The position numbers and the translations under genes were made by a program. Shown here in pieces: positions 10,025-19,342 of a stretch of 64,000 nt of DNA. Source of the DNA: Verrucomicrobiota bacterium (GTDB lineage Bacteria; Verrucomicrobiota; Verrucomicrobiia; Opitutales; Coraliomargaritaceae); contig JBCBZJ010000009.1 of the NCBI GenBank assembly GCA_039815375.1, positions 1 to 64,000 of the forward strand, read 5' to 3'. Position 1 is the first letter of the stretch; every line of letters starts with the position of its first letter. The notes under the pieces were generated by a model. It saw nothing but the letters and a program-made list of their open reading frames with translations. It searched no databases and was not told the DNA's origin.

Positions 10025-10429
10025 TTAGTTTTCGGTAGAAATATTGACTGAGGGCGCACCACCAATTTTCGCTTCGTCGATTACACGGACGAGCAGGCTG
10101 GTGGGAACAGTCTTATCTGCTTGGATAATGACTGGCATCTCGTCTTTTTGATTAAGTCGTTTAACTATCGAGCGAACGCCAGCAGGACCTATCTCGCGGC
10201 CACCATAAACGACCTTCCCGGTGTCGGTAATCGCAATAAGCACACTGTTTTTCTCCAGATCGACAGCCGATGAGGCTTGAGGTTTGGTTACATCAACTCC
10301 TGTCTCTTCGACAAATACTGTTGTGACGATAAAGAAAATAAGGAGGATGAATACAACATCGATTAGTGGTGAAATATTTATCTCATCACTGGAGTCCTCT
10401 TGTTTTTTTCTGCTTTTGCCTAAAGCCAT
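10025..10429 (-). CDS. exbD: Biopolymer transporter ExbD
   Basis: [20 protein letters not shown] signature; VIIQAD. Confidence 0.93.
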   Translation of the reverse strand: MALGKSRKKQEDSSDEINISPLIDVVFILLIFFIVTTVFVEETGVDVTKPQASSAVDLEKNSVLIAITDTGKVVYGGREIGPAGVRSIVKRLNQKDEMPVIIQADKTVPTSLLVRVIDEAKIGGAPSVNISTEN

Positions 10430-10450
10430 GGTCGTGCCCTTTTTGCTAAT

Positions 10451-11059
10451 TTAATTGAAGGTCCCTTTACGTTCCAAAGTCTGTATGGTTTTACCTTCCA
10501 ACTGAGTGAGGAAATGGTCCATCCCACTTCGTTGGGAACGGGCAAGGACAAGGAGAAACATAGCAGGGACAGCGATGACCAAGCCTGTTTGTGTAGTGAT
10601 TAGTGCTTCGGAAATGCCACCAGCTACCAAATCAAGTGAATTACCTCCATAGCTCACAGAGAGTCCGAGGAAAGTCGCGAGCATCCCCATAACAGTTCCC
10701 AAGAGACCAAGTAGTGGTGCTGTAGTCACTATTGCCGCCCCAAATCGTATCTGGCTGTCTAGTGGTGAGATTACCCGGTTTTTTAATATCCTGAAGCGCA
10801 AGCTTACGTCACTTTTCGATGTGACTCCATCTTGTGTGTATTGTATCATTTTGCCTATGATACCGTCGGAGTCTTCTGGTCTATCTACCCAGTGATTCCA
10901 TCTATTTTCGTCTTTCCTTAGCTCTTTAAGGCGAGCTGTATAAATCAATATCTGTATTATCGTGCCGTAAATAATGAAGGCTAGTATAGCCAGTAGGATC
11001 ATCAAGGAGCCTCCTGATGCCCAGATTCTGAAAACCGACTCATTAAATTCCTCTAACAT
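10451..11059 (-). CDS. exbB: MotA/TolQ/ExbB proton channel protein
   Basis: APLLGLLGTVMGM, GGISEALITTQTGL. Confidence 0.9.
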   Translation of the reverse strand: MLEEFNESVFRIWASGGSLMILLAILAFIIYGTIIQILIYTARLKELRKDENRWNHWVDRPEDSDGIIGKMIQYTQDGVTSKSDVSLRFRILKNRVISPLDSQIRFGAAIVTTAPLLGLLGTVMGMLATFLGLSVSYGGNSLDLVAGGISEALITTQTGLVIAVPAMFLLVLARSQRSGMDHFLTQLEGKTIQTLERKGTFN

Positions 11060-11083
11060 AATTATAGGCGCAATTTCTTAAAT

Positions 11084-12487
11084 CTATATGCTCTTTGAGC
11101 GTTGAATGCCGTTCAAAAGTGCCATGGAGTCAGTTTCAAAATCGTTCGCTTTGTTTTTTGCCCATTTATTGAGCAGGCCGTGACAGACCACAGCTGGGAT
11201 AGCTACGAACAAACCAAGTTCTGTAGTAATCAGGGCTTCAGAAATACCACCTCCCAGTGATTTGGGGTCTCCGGAACCGTATATTGTCAATAGTTTGAAA
11301 GTTTTAATAATTCCAGTCACGGTTCCGAGCAGCCCTAACAGAGGTGCGATCGAAGCAGTAATCCATATTAGAGACAATAGGCGATCCAGCTTTGGTTGTG
11401 TACGCATTAGAACCTCTTCCATCGATTGTTCTATGACTTCTTCGCTATATTTGATATTTTTAATACCTGCTTCAAGTAACTCTTTAGAGTGAGTCGGTAG
11501 CTTCTTACAAAGCTCAAGCGCTTTGGCTGTTTCGCCCGATTGCACTTCGGAGATAACTTTAATTAAGACAGTCTTCGGTATCTGCTTAATGCCAAATAGC
11601 TCGATCAGCTTGATTAAGGCTATGAGCAACGATATAACCGCAACAGCAATGATAGGGTATACCCAGTAGCCACCTTTTTGAATGTGTTCGATAAGCGATT
11701 CCTTGGTGGTTTCGAGGGCAAGTGCTTTGCCGAGTGTGGGATCAAGCGGCAGGGTGCCTCCACCTGCAAGCACCCCGGAAGACATTTCTCCAAAGCTATC
11801 AGAGAGCGAAATCAAAGTGGGTTCGCCCGAATCACCTTGCTGAGTGATACCTGCGTCTGTGCCGTCGGAGGAGCTGAAAAATGCGACCGGGCCGTAAAGT
11901 AGGAACTTTCCGCTTCCGAAGGATCCGTCACTGAGAACAGCGTTTCCTTCAAAGCTATGGCCGCCGACAAGAGTTTCCAATCGATCAATGCCCGTGTCGA
12001 CACCTTGGAGGAGAGACTTGATTGATGCCACGGCAGCCTCATCTGACTCAACTGGAACATCTGCTGTGTTGAGGAGCTCCAGCCATTGCTCTTCGTAGAG
12101 CTGGCGCTCGGAGGCATCGGAACTGGCGCTTTGGTTGGTGATGAACTCAATCAGAAGATTCTTGGCGTAGTCAAACTCGTCACGGCGGGCCTTAACCTCA
12201 GCTTCGAGTGCACTGAGGTTGAGGTCGCGTGCGTCCCTGAGGCGTTCAAGCCGTTTCTGCTCGTCGCGGAGGTTTTCAACCTCCACTTCAAGTCCGTTGA
12301 GCTTAGTTGCCATGGGAACCTTTTCGGCCGCGATTGACTCCTGTAGCTCTGCGAGTTCTGTGATCGCTCCTTCAAGTTTTGCAGTCGATTCGGATTGGAC
12401 AGAGCTGAAGCTCTGAGCCCCGCTGATTAGAGGCGCGCCGAAAGACGCCGCCGCGAGGCTCGAAAGAAGTGTTAGCTTTAATGTCAT
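11084..12487 (-). CDS. Large MotA/TolQ/ExbB protein with periplasmic coiled coil (TtpC-like)
   Basis: Signal peptide, coiled coil, LPLDPT, C-terminal APLLGLLGTVTG and GISEALITTELG. Confidence 0.85.
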   Translation of the reverse strand: MTLKLTLLSSLAAASFGAPLISGAQSFSSVQSESTAKLEGAITELAELQESIAAEKVPMATKLNGLEVEVENLRDEQKRLERLRDARDLNLSALEAEVKARRDEFDYAKNLLIEFITNQSASSDASERQLYEEQWLELLNTADVPVESDEAAVASIKSLLQGVDTGIDRLETLVGGHSFEGNAVLSDGSFGSGKFLLYGPVAFFSSSDGTDAGITQQGDSGEPTLISLSDSFGEMSSGVLAGGGTLPLDPTLGKALALETTKESLIEHIQKGGYWVYPIIAVAVISLLIALIKLIELFGIKQIPKTVLIKVISEVQSGETAKALELCKKLPTHSKELLEAGIKNIKYSEEVIEQSMEEVLMRTQPKLDRLLSLIWITASIAPLLGLLGTVTGIIKTFKLLTIYGSGDPKSLGGGISEALITTELGLFVAIPAVVCHGLLNKWAKNKANDFETDSMALLNGIQRSKSI

Positions 12488-12508
12488 AGAAATGTCTACC
12501 TTTCTAGG

Positions 12509-13261
12509 TTAGAGGGCTTTGACCGGCAGTTCGACGAACTTGGCTTCACTTGCGCCTTCGTAGGATTTGATCAGTGCAACGATGTCGTTTGCGATGGAGC
12601 TGTCTTCAGTCCAGACCCAGCCGTCAGGCCCGGGTGTGCCTGTTCCCGCGTAGGATCCGGAATCATTTGAAAAGTAGGCTCCACTCAGTCCAAAGTAAAG
12701 GGTCGTTACTTCTGAACTGCCGCCGCCCACGCTACGAATTTCGGATTTAATTGTGATTCCGGTATTGAATTTATCGATTTTGTTTAGAACACCGACTACA
12801 GTAAGCAAGCGCTGTGAAACCGGCATGCGTGTCTTTGCGTCTTCTTCAGGAAGTCTCCGAATCAGCGGATCCAGCTCCTGAACAAGCGGCTCCGGCAGGA
12901 GCGAGAGCAGCGATTTCACCTTTGACTCGAGGTCCGGCATAAAAGTCTCCAGTGCTTCGTTAGCGGCAAGGAGCCGCTCCTTATCTGCGTTTAGTTCTGT
13001 GCGGAGCTTGTCAGTGGCGTTATCGCTATCGCCGAGCTCCTCAATTCCAGTCTCATATTTTTCCTTCTCGATCTCAAGAAGTTGTATCAAATCCGATACA
13101 ATCTGCTTCTCGGCAGCCCATTCGGCTTTGGTCTCCGAGATCGCCTTTCTCGTTTCCACCCAGGAGATAAGTTCGTCTTGTGTGTCGGTGATCGAGCTGG
13201 AAAATAGCGTCGACCCAGCCACGGCAAATGCGGATACTATCAACAATCGTTTCTGAAACAT
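12509..13261 (-). CDS. DUF3450-like periplasmic coiled-coil protein heading the TonB operon
   Basis: Signal peptide, coiled coil, TLYFGL and GWVW..FVELPV C-terminus; position before the large ExbB. Confidence 0.7.
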   Translation of the reverse strand: MFQKRLLIVSAFAVAGSTLFSSSITDTQDELISWVETRKAISETKAEWAAEKQIVSDLIQLLEIEKEKYETGIEELGDSDNATDKLRTELNADKERLLAANEALETFMPDLESKVKSLLSLLPEPLVQELDPLIRRLPEEDAKTRMPVSQRLLTVVGVLNKIDKFNTGITIKSEIRSVGGGSSEVTTLYFGLSGAYFSNDSGSYAGTGTPGPDGWVWTEDSSIANDIVALIKSYEGASEAKFVELPVKAL

Positions 13262-13288
13262 GGCATAAATTTAGCTCATTCCATGCCA
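13261..13288. promoter_or_regulatory. Two overlapping opposite-strand sigma54 promoters
   Basis: Plus TGGCATAAATTTAGCT (13261-13276); minus TGGCATGGAATGAGCT (13288-13273); both GG-N10-GC. Confidence 0.65.
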
Positions 13289-13322
13289 GCAGCCACAACT
13301 TTTCGGCAAATAATACTTTTTC

Positions 13323-14627
13323 ATGTTTGCACCTATTTTGAATCGGGAATTTGCCATTTTTCGTGGTGCATTTCTCGATATTGCTTCCGATCAGGACTAT
13401 ACCTTGTATCCAGATGCTCTGGCGTTGGTTGGGCCAGACGGTAAAATTCTCGCATTTGGTGCGGCGGATGCGGTGGGGGCAGGCTACGGCCTTGATTTAG
13501 AACAGATCGAACCATCTGAGGGGCTTTTTTTGCCGCCTTTCTATGATATGCACTTTCACTGGGTGCAGGATGGCGTTCGCGAGATGCCCAAGATCTCTTT
13601 GATTGAGTGGTTGCAGGAGTATACCTTTCCTGCGGAGGCTGAGTTCGCAGACTCGGAGTATGCCCGAAAAAAGGCCGAGGTTTTCTGGAAACGAATCCTG
13701 CAGACCGGAACTGTTGGGGGTCTCTGCTACAGTTCGATTCATGAGACAGCGCTTGAGCAGGCGATGAATTTTGCCCAGGGCGAGTTTAAGATCGGAAATG
13801 TCCTGATGACTATGAACAGTCCGGACTTTCTTGTTCAATCGGAGGAGGAGGCGATCGCCTCGGTGAATCGTTGCGCCGAGCGCTACGGTTCACGCTATGC
13901 CTGCAGTCCAAGGTTTGCTCCGACGACTGCTCCGTCAGCGATGAATGCTGCTGCTGAGGCAGCCGCAAAAAACAGTTGTTTTCTACAAACCCACCTGGAT
14001 GAGACGCTGAAAGAGATCGAATGGGTTCTGGGCATCTATCGCGAGATTGAAGGTTTTGAGGATGTGCAGACTTATACGGAGATTTATGACCGCTGCGGTA
14101 TGCTTGGACCCAAAACCGTTTTCGGCCACTCGATCCATTTGTTGCCACAGGAGTGGGAGCGCTTGGCAGAAACTGATTCAGTTATTGCAAGCTGCCCAAC
14201 TTCGAATGCGCCGATCAACCAACTTGGCCTGGGCTCTGGACTATTCGATTATCAGTTAGCTGAAAAATACGGTGTGCGTTGGGCCCTCGCTTCGGATATC
14301 GGCGGCGGACCTTTTCTTTCCATGTTTGATGTGATGCGATCATTCGTGCAGCAGAACCGAGACGCCGGCTTGCCAGCCAGCTACTTGAAAGCGCTCTACC
14401 GAAGCACGCGGGCCGGGGCTGAAATACTCGATCTCGGTGGCTGCAAGGGTAAGTTTGCGGAGGGCTTTGACTTTGACTGTATTCGAGTGCCGATGGATGA
14501 AAACCTATTGAGGCAAAGGGATGTCGAGGAGATGCTATCTTCTTTGATTGGATCGGTTGAAGAGCGTGCGGCATTTGACGGATTGGTTGAAGACACGATA
14601 CTTTTAGGAAAGAGTGTCTTCGGCTAA
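13323..14627 (+). CDS. guaD: Guanine deaminase
   Basis: DMHFHWVQ, LIEWLQEYTFPAE, SPRFAPT, QTHLDE, CPTSN, SDIGGG. Confidence 0.88.
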   Translation: MFAPILNREFAIFRGAFLDIASDQDYTLYPDALALVGPDGKILAFGAADAVGAGYGLDLEQIEPSEGLFLPPFYDMHFHWVQDGVREMPKISLIEWLQEYTFPAEAEFADSEYARKKAEVFWKRILQTGTVGGLCYSSIHETALEQAMNFAQGEFKIGNVLMTMNSPDFLVQSEEEAIASVNRCAERYGSRYACSPRFAPTTAPSAMNAAAEAAAKNSCFLQTHLDETLKEIEWVLGIYREIEGFEDVQTYTEIYDRCGMLGPKTVFGHSIHLLPQEWERLAETDSVIASCPTSNAPINQLGLGSGLFDYQLAEKYGVRWALASDIGGGPFLSMFDVMRSFVQQNRDAGLPASYLKALYRSTRAGAEILDLGGCKGKFAEGFDFDCIRVPMDENLLRQRDVEEMLSSLIGSVEERAAFDGLVEDTILLGKSVFG

Positions 14628-15577
14628 TGGATCGATTTTGGAGAGTCGCGCGGGACGAACTGCGTTCCGGTCACAGGGTTTACATCCTGATTGTTGCTGC
14701 TGCGAAAAAAGGTTCCCCGGGGACTTCCGCAGCGCGTATGTTGATTTATGAAAATGGGCAGCAGTATGGGACCATCGGGGGTGGCATCATGGAAAGGCAG
14801 GCGTTCGATCTGGCGCTTTCCAGTTTGAATGCAGGCAAAAAGCTTCTACCTGAGCTAGTGACCTTGAAGCACAACCAAACAGTTCCCGAAGAAAGCTCCG
14901 GTCTGATTTGTGGTGGCCAGCAAAACAATATCCGCTTCACGCTCGATGGTGAGTCACTCGGTCTTGTCGAGGATCTCGCGCTTGCCGAAGAGGCTGAGCA
15001 CGAGGCACTTTTATCGGTCTCATGCGAAGGTTTGCGGCTCGATCCCGGCGCTGCTTGTTTCCGCTCGGAATTGGTTGATCATGATGGATGGCTCTATCGC
15101 TATAACTTTGTTAACCAACGGCGTGTGGCGATTTTCGGTGGAGGCCACTGTGGTGTTGAGCTTGCCATTTTAATGCATCGCCTAGGCTATGCTGTCACTG
15201 TCATCGATCCCCGCGAGGAGCTTTTTACGATGGAAAAGCTACCGCCTGAAGTTGCGAAGGTTCAGTTAGCCTTTGAAGATTCAGGAGCAAAAGTAGCGTA
15301 TCCTGAGAAAACTCTGGCAGTGGTGATGACCTATTCGATGCCGACGGATCTCCTCGCATTGAGTTCTGTGCTTGAGCATCCGTTCCGATTTGTTGGCTTA
15401 ATGGGCAGCAAAGTTAAAATCGCTCGGATCAAAGGATCTCTTTTAGAAATGGGCCTCAGCGATTTGCAAGTCGAGCGTGTGCGTGCTCCTGTAGGGCTAG
15501 ATTTTAACAGTGATACGCCCGAAGAAATTGCGGTGAGCATTGCGGCGCAAATCTTGCTTGAAAGGGAATCGAGGTGA
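14627..15577 (+). CDS. xdhC: Xanthine dehydrogenase accessory protein
   Basis: GSPG, GTIGGG, GLICGG, FGGGH, GLMGS, PEEIAVSIAAQ. Confidence 0.9.
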   Translation: MDRFWRVARDELRSGHRVYILIVAAAKKGSPGTSAARMLIYENGQQYGTIGGGIMERQAFDLALSSLNAGKKLLPELVTLKHNQTVPEESSGLICGGQQNNIRFTLDGESLGLVEDLALAEEAEHEALLSVSCEGLRLDPGAACFRSELVDHDGWLYRYNFVNQRRVAIFGGGHCGVELAILMHRLGYAVTVIDPREELFTMEKLPPEVAKVQLAFEDSGAKVAYPEKTLAVVMTYSMPTDLLALSSVLEHPFRFVGLMGSKVKIARIKGSLLEMGLSDLQVERVRAPVGLDFNSDTPEEIAVSIAAQILLERESR

Positions 15578-15583
15578 CGGACG

Positions 15584-17029
15584 ATGGTAAACCTACTTCA
15601 GAAAATATCATTTATTCTTAATGACCGGCTTGTGAGCACTTCGGTTCCGGCAGGTATGCTGGTTTTGGATTTCCTCCGAAAAGAGGAACGATTGACGGGA
15701 ACAAAAGAGGGCTGCAAAGAAGGTGATTGCGGCGCCTGCTCCGTCATCTTCGGGGAGCTTAATGAGGACGGGACGGTTGGCTACACTCCGATGACAGCTT
15801 GCCTCATGCCTATGGGTGAGCTTGAGGGTAAGCATGTTGTGACCATTGAAGGTCTAAATATGGAAAAACTTTCGCCGGTTCAAAATGCGATGGTTGATTG
15901 CGGAGGTAGTCAGTGTGGCTATTGCACTCCGGGCTTCGTGGTATCGATGACGGCTGGCTTAATGGAGCCTAGAGTGCCGCTCGACAAAGAGGGAGTTTTG
16001 TATGCGATCTCTGGCAATCTTTGTCGCTGCACAGGCTACCGTTCGATTATTGAAGCCGGTGTGCAAGCAGTGGATTCTTTAGCAAGCCGATTAAATGGTC
16101 CGGATCGAATCAAAGAGCTTTGTGAAGCAGAAGCCCTGCCGAGTTATTTTATGACAATCCCCGAAAGGCTTGCGGAACTCAAGCCTGCGGTGAGCGATGG
16201 TTCAAAAATTGATACCGACCCGATCTATCTTGGTGGTGGAACCGACCTCTACGTTCAGCGTGGTGATGAGATTCCAGAGCTTCCGGTTGATCTCCTCAAA
16301 AAAGGGGAGGCGCCTGCACCCGTCTATACCGAGGATGGTATGTTGGTTTTGGATGCACGCATGAGTTTCGAAGATTTTGCAATGGACCGCTTGGTTCAAG
16401 AATCCATTCCTCAGGTTAAAGATTATAATTTACTGATTGCGAGCTGGCCAGTTCGCACGCGTGCGACGCTAGCTGGAAATATCTGTAATGCATCGCCTAT
16501 CGCGGATATGACTTGCTTGCTTCTCGCGCTTGAGACGGAGTTGACTATCTCCAATGCGGGACGTCTGCGGACCCTTCCACTCAAGGATTTCTTTCTCGGC
16601 TACAAGCGACTCAACAAAAAACCTGAAGAGCAAGTCGTTCGGATTTCTTTCCCTGTCTGTAAACCTCAGGAAAGCGTCAATTGGGAGAAGGTCTCGAAGC
16701 GGACATGGCTCGACATTGCGACGGTTAATTCCGCAGCGAGGATCGAGGTTGGTGAAGGTGTATTTTTGAGTGCAGGTTTTGCATTGGGGGGTGTGGCTGC
16801 GACACCGCTTTATTTAACTGAAGCCAGCAGTTATCTAAGCGGTAAAACTTTTGAGCCATCAACTGTTCTTGAGATGATTGACGTGGCACTTGAGGAATTT
16901 CAGCCGATCAGTGATGTTCGCGGTTCTGCCGATTACAAGCGTCTGCTCGCTCGCCAACTCTTAATCGCGCATTTCGAGAAGCTTTTTAAAGACGAACTCA
17001 AGATGGAGGAGATTTATGCGGCATTGTGA
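15584..17029 (+). CDS. xdhA: Xanthine dehydrogenase small subunit (2Fe-2S + FAD)
   Basis: GTKEGCKEGDCGAC, SQCGYCTPG, GNLCRCTGY, GGGTDL. Confidence 0.95.
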   Translation: MVNLLQKISFILNDRLVSTSVPAGMLVLDFLRKEERLTGTKEGCKEGDCGACSVIFGELNEDGTVGYTPMTACLMPMGELEGKHVVTIEGLNMEKLSPVQNAMVDCGGSQCGYCTPGFVVSMTAGLMEPRVPLDKEGVLYAISGNLCRCTGYRSIIEAGVQAVDSLASRLNGPDRIKELCEAEALPSYFMTIPERLAELKPAVSDGSKIDTDPIYLGGGTDLYVQRGDEIPELPVDLLKKGEAPAPVYTEDGMLVLDARMSFEDFAMDRLVQESIPQVKDYNLLIASWPVRTRATLAGNICNASPIADMTCLLLALETELTISNAGRLRTLPLKDFFLGYKRLNKKPEEQVVRISFPVCKPQESVNWEKVSKRTWLDIATVNSAARIEVGEGVFLSAGFALGGVAATPLYLTEASSYLSGKTFEPSTVLEMIDVALEEFQPISDVRGSADYKRLLARQLLIAHFEKLFKDELKMEEIYAAL

Positions 17030-19325
17030 CAGCGCACTTCATGTAACGGGTCGTTCTCAATACATCGATGATGTTCCGGCTCCTGCCGGCATGCTCCACG
17101 GTGCAGTCTTTGGCTCGCCGGTGGCCCATGGATTAATCCGTAAAATCGACGTCTTGGCGGCAAGAGAAGTGCCAGGTGTTCGCGGGGTGGTTCTTTACGG
17201 CGACATACCCGGCGACCCGATGATCGGTGCACTGAAGAACGATGAACCGCTCTTTGCCAAGGACGAAGTGCTTTTCATGGGCCAACCGCTTGCCTTGATT
17301 GTGGCGGAAACGCCGGAGTCTGCACGTCGCGCGGTTAAAGCCTGTTCGGCTTTAATTGACGAGCTTCCAGTCATCACCTGTCCACGAGAGGCCTTTGAAA
17401 AGAGTGAGCTGCTTCAAGAGCCTCGCGTCTTCCAGAAAGGTGACGTTGAGACCTCTTGGTCAGAATGCACAAATATTGTCGAGGGCACGATTGATCTTGC
17501 CGGACAAGAGCACCTCTACCTTGAGACCAACCGTGCTCGAGCAATCCCTCGTGAAGATGGCCAGATGTCGGTCTATTCATCGACCCAAAGCCCTTCGGCC
17601 ACACAGAAGCATGTTGCCGGTGTGCTGGGTCTACCGATGCATAAAGTCGAGATCGACGTGAAGCGACTCGGCGGAGGCTTCGGTGGAAAAGAAGACCAGG
17701 CGACACACTGGGCCTGCATGGCTGCGGTGGCAGCCCGGTTGTTTTCAGTTCCAGTCCAGATTGTTCTTAATCGCGTCGACGACATGCGCATGACAGGTAA
17801 GCGTCACCCCTACATTCAGGACTACAAGATCGGTCTGGATGATGAGGGTAAGATTCTCGCCTATGAGATTCACCACTACCAAAATTCGGGCGCATACATG
17901 GATTTATCCGCTCCCGTGTTGGAGCGCACGGTGCTTCATTCGAGTAACGCCTACGCAATCCCGAATGTTAAAATTCATGCTGCTGCTTGCCGGACGAATC
18001 TACCTCCCAATACGGCCTATCGTGGTTTTGGGGGTCCACAGGGTATGTTCCCTTTGGAAGTCGCAATCGAGAAAGCTGCCCTTAAAATGGGCGTATCAGC
18101 GGATTGGATACAATCTCGGAATCTAATATCTGACGGCTACGTGATGCACTACGGGCAGGAACAGGAAGCATGCAACATGCAACGCACCTGGGACGAAGCG
18201 ATGGAGGAGTTCGACGTGGAAGGAGTTCGTGCTCGGGTCGAGGCCTTTAACGCCGAGAACAAGATGCTTAAAAAAGGTTTTGCCATGATGCCCGTCTGTT
18301 TCGGCATTAGCTTTACCAAGACTTTTCTCAATCAGGGCAGCAGCTTGGTTCATGTCTATACTGACGGCTCAGTCAGCGTGACGACCGGCGGTATCGAAAT
18401 GGGGCAGGGGATTAGTTCGAACATGATTGTGATTTGCTCTCGAGTTTTCGGGATTCCCCCAGAAAGAATTAAGTCGAACAGCACAAATACGACCCGCATT
18501 GCCAACATCTCACCAAGCGCAGCCAGCGCGACGACGGACCTAAACGGCAATGCCACCATTCTTGCCTGCCGGGAAATACTTGAGGGTATGCAGAAGGTCG
18601 CAGCCAAGGAGTTCGGCTGCTCACCTGATGACATCATGATCAAGAATGCGGTCGTCCACTGCTTTGGAGAGCCGACCGAAATGACTTGGGAGCAGCTTGT
18701 GCTGAAAACCTACTTCTCGCGTGTGCAGCTCATGGCGCACGGCTTTTATACGCCTCCGAATGTTAGCTATGATCCGGCAAAGAACGAAGGTCGGCCGTTT
18801 CACTACTATACCTACGGCACTTGCATGATCGAGGTGACTGTGGATTGCCTTCGCGGAACCTATAAACTCGATGCCTCGCGCATCGTTCATGATCTTGGTC
18901 GAACCATCATACCGACGGTGGACCGTGGCCAGATTGAAGGCGGTCTTGCGCAGGGAATAGGATGGGTCACGCTCGAAGAGCTCACTTTCAACGACGATGG
19001 GCGCCTTACCTCGCATGCCTTGTCGACTTATAAGGCACCCGATGCTGAGTTTATGCCCAGTGAAATGCAGCTTAAACTACTCGAGAATGTAGAGAACCCT
19101 GGAGGTCCGCTGGGAAGTAAAGCTGTTGGAGAACCGCCTTTTATGTATGGTATTGCGGCGTTCTTTGCGATTAGGAACGCTATCGCAGCTTATAGCGATT
19201 TTCATAAAAATGAGAAAATTGTTCGTTCTCCCGTGACACCGGAACAAGTTCTGCTACAACTATACCCGGACTTCGCCAGTGCGCCGGTATCTTCGGATCC
19301 GCCGCAGGCCGGACAAACTGTTTAA
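17016..19325 (+). CDS. xdhB: Xanthine dehydrogenase molybdopterin-binding subunit
   Basis: QEHLYLE, GGGFGGKE, RGFGGPQG, EMGQG, SKAVGEPP. Confidence 0.95.
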   Translation: MRHCDSALHVTGRSQYIDDVPAPAGMLHGAVFGSPVAHGLIRKIDVLAAREVPGVRGVVLYGDIPGDPMIGALKNDEPLFAKDEVLFMGQPLALIVAETPESARRAVKACSALIDELPVITCPREAFEKSELLQEPRVFQKGDVETSWSECTNIVEGTIDLAGQEHLYLETNRARAIPREDGQMSVYSSTQSPSATQKHVAGVLGLPMHKVEIDVKRLGGGFGGKEDQATHWACMAAVAARLFSVPVQIVLNRVDDMRMTGKRHPYIQDYKIGLDDEGKILAYEIHHYQNSGAYMDLSAPVLERTVLHSSNAYAIPNVKIHAAACRTNLPPNTAYRGFGGPQGMFPLEVAIEKAALKMGVSADWIQSRNLISDGYVMHYGQEQEACNMQRTWDEAMEEFDVEGVRARVEAFNAENKMLKKGFAMMPVCFGISFTKTFLNQGSSLVHVYTDGSVSVTTGGIEMGQGISSNMIVICSRVFGIPPERIKSNSTNTTRIANISPSAASATTDLNGNATILACREILEGMQKVAAKEFGCSPDDIMIKNAVVHCFGEPTEMTWEQLVLKTYFSRVQLMAHGFYTPPNVSYDPAKNEGRPFHYYTYGTCMIEVTVDCLRGTYKLDASRIVHDLGRTIIPTVDRGQIEGGLAQGIGWVTLEELTFNDDGRLTSHALSTYKAPDAEFMPSEMQLKLLENVENPGGPLGSKAVGEPPFMYGIAAFFAIRNAIAAYSDFHKNEKIVRSPVTPEQVLLQLYPDFASAPVSSDPPQAGQTV

Positions 19326-19342
19326 TCGAAGTCGATTAATTG

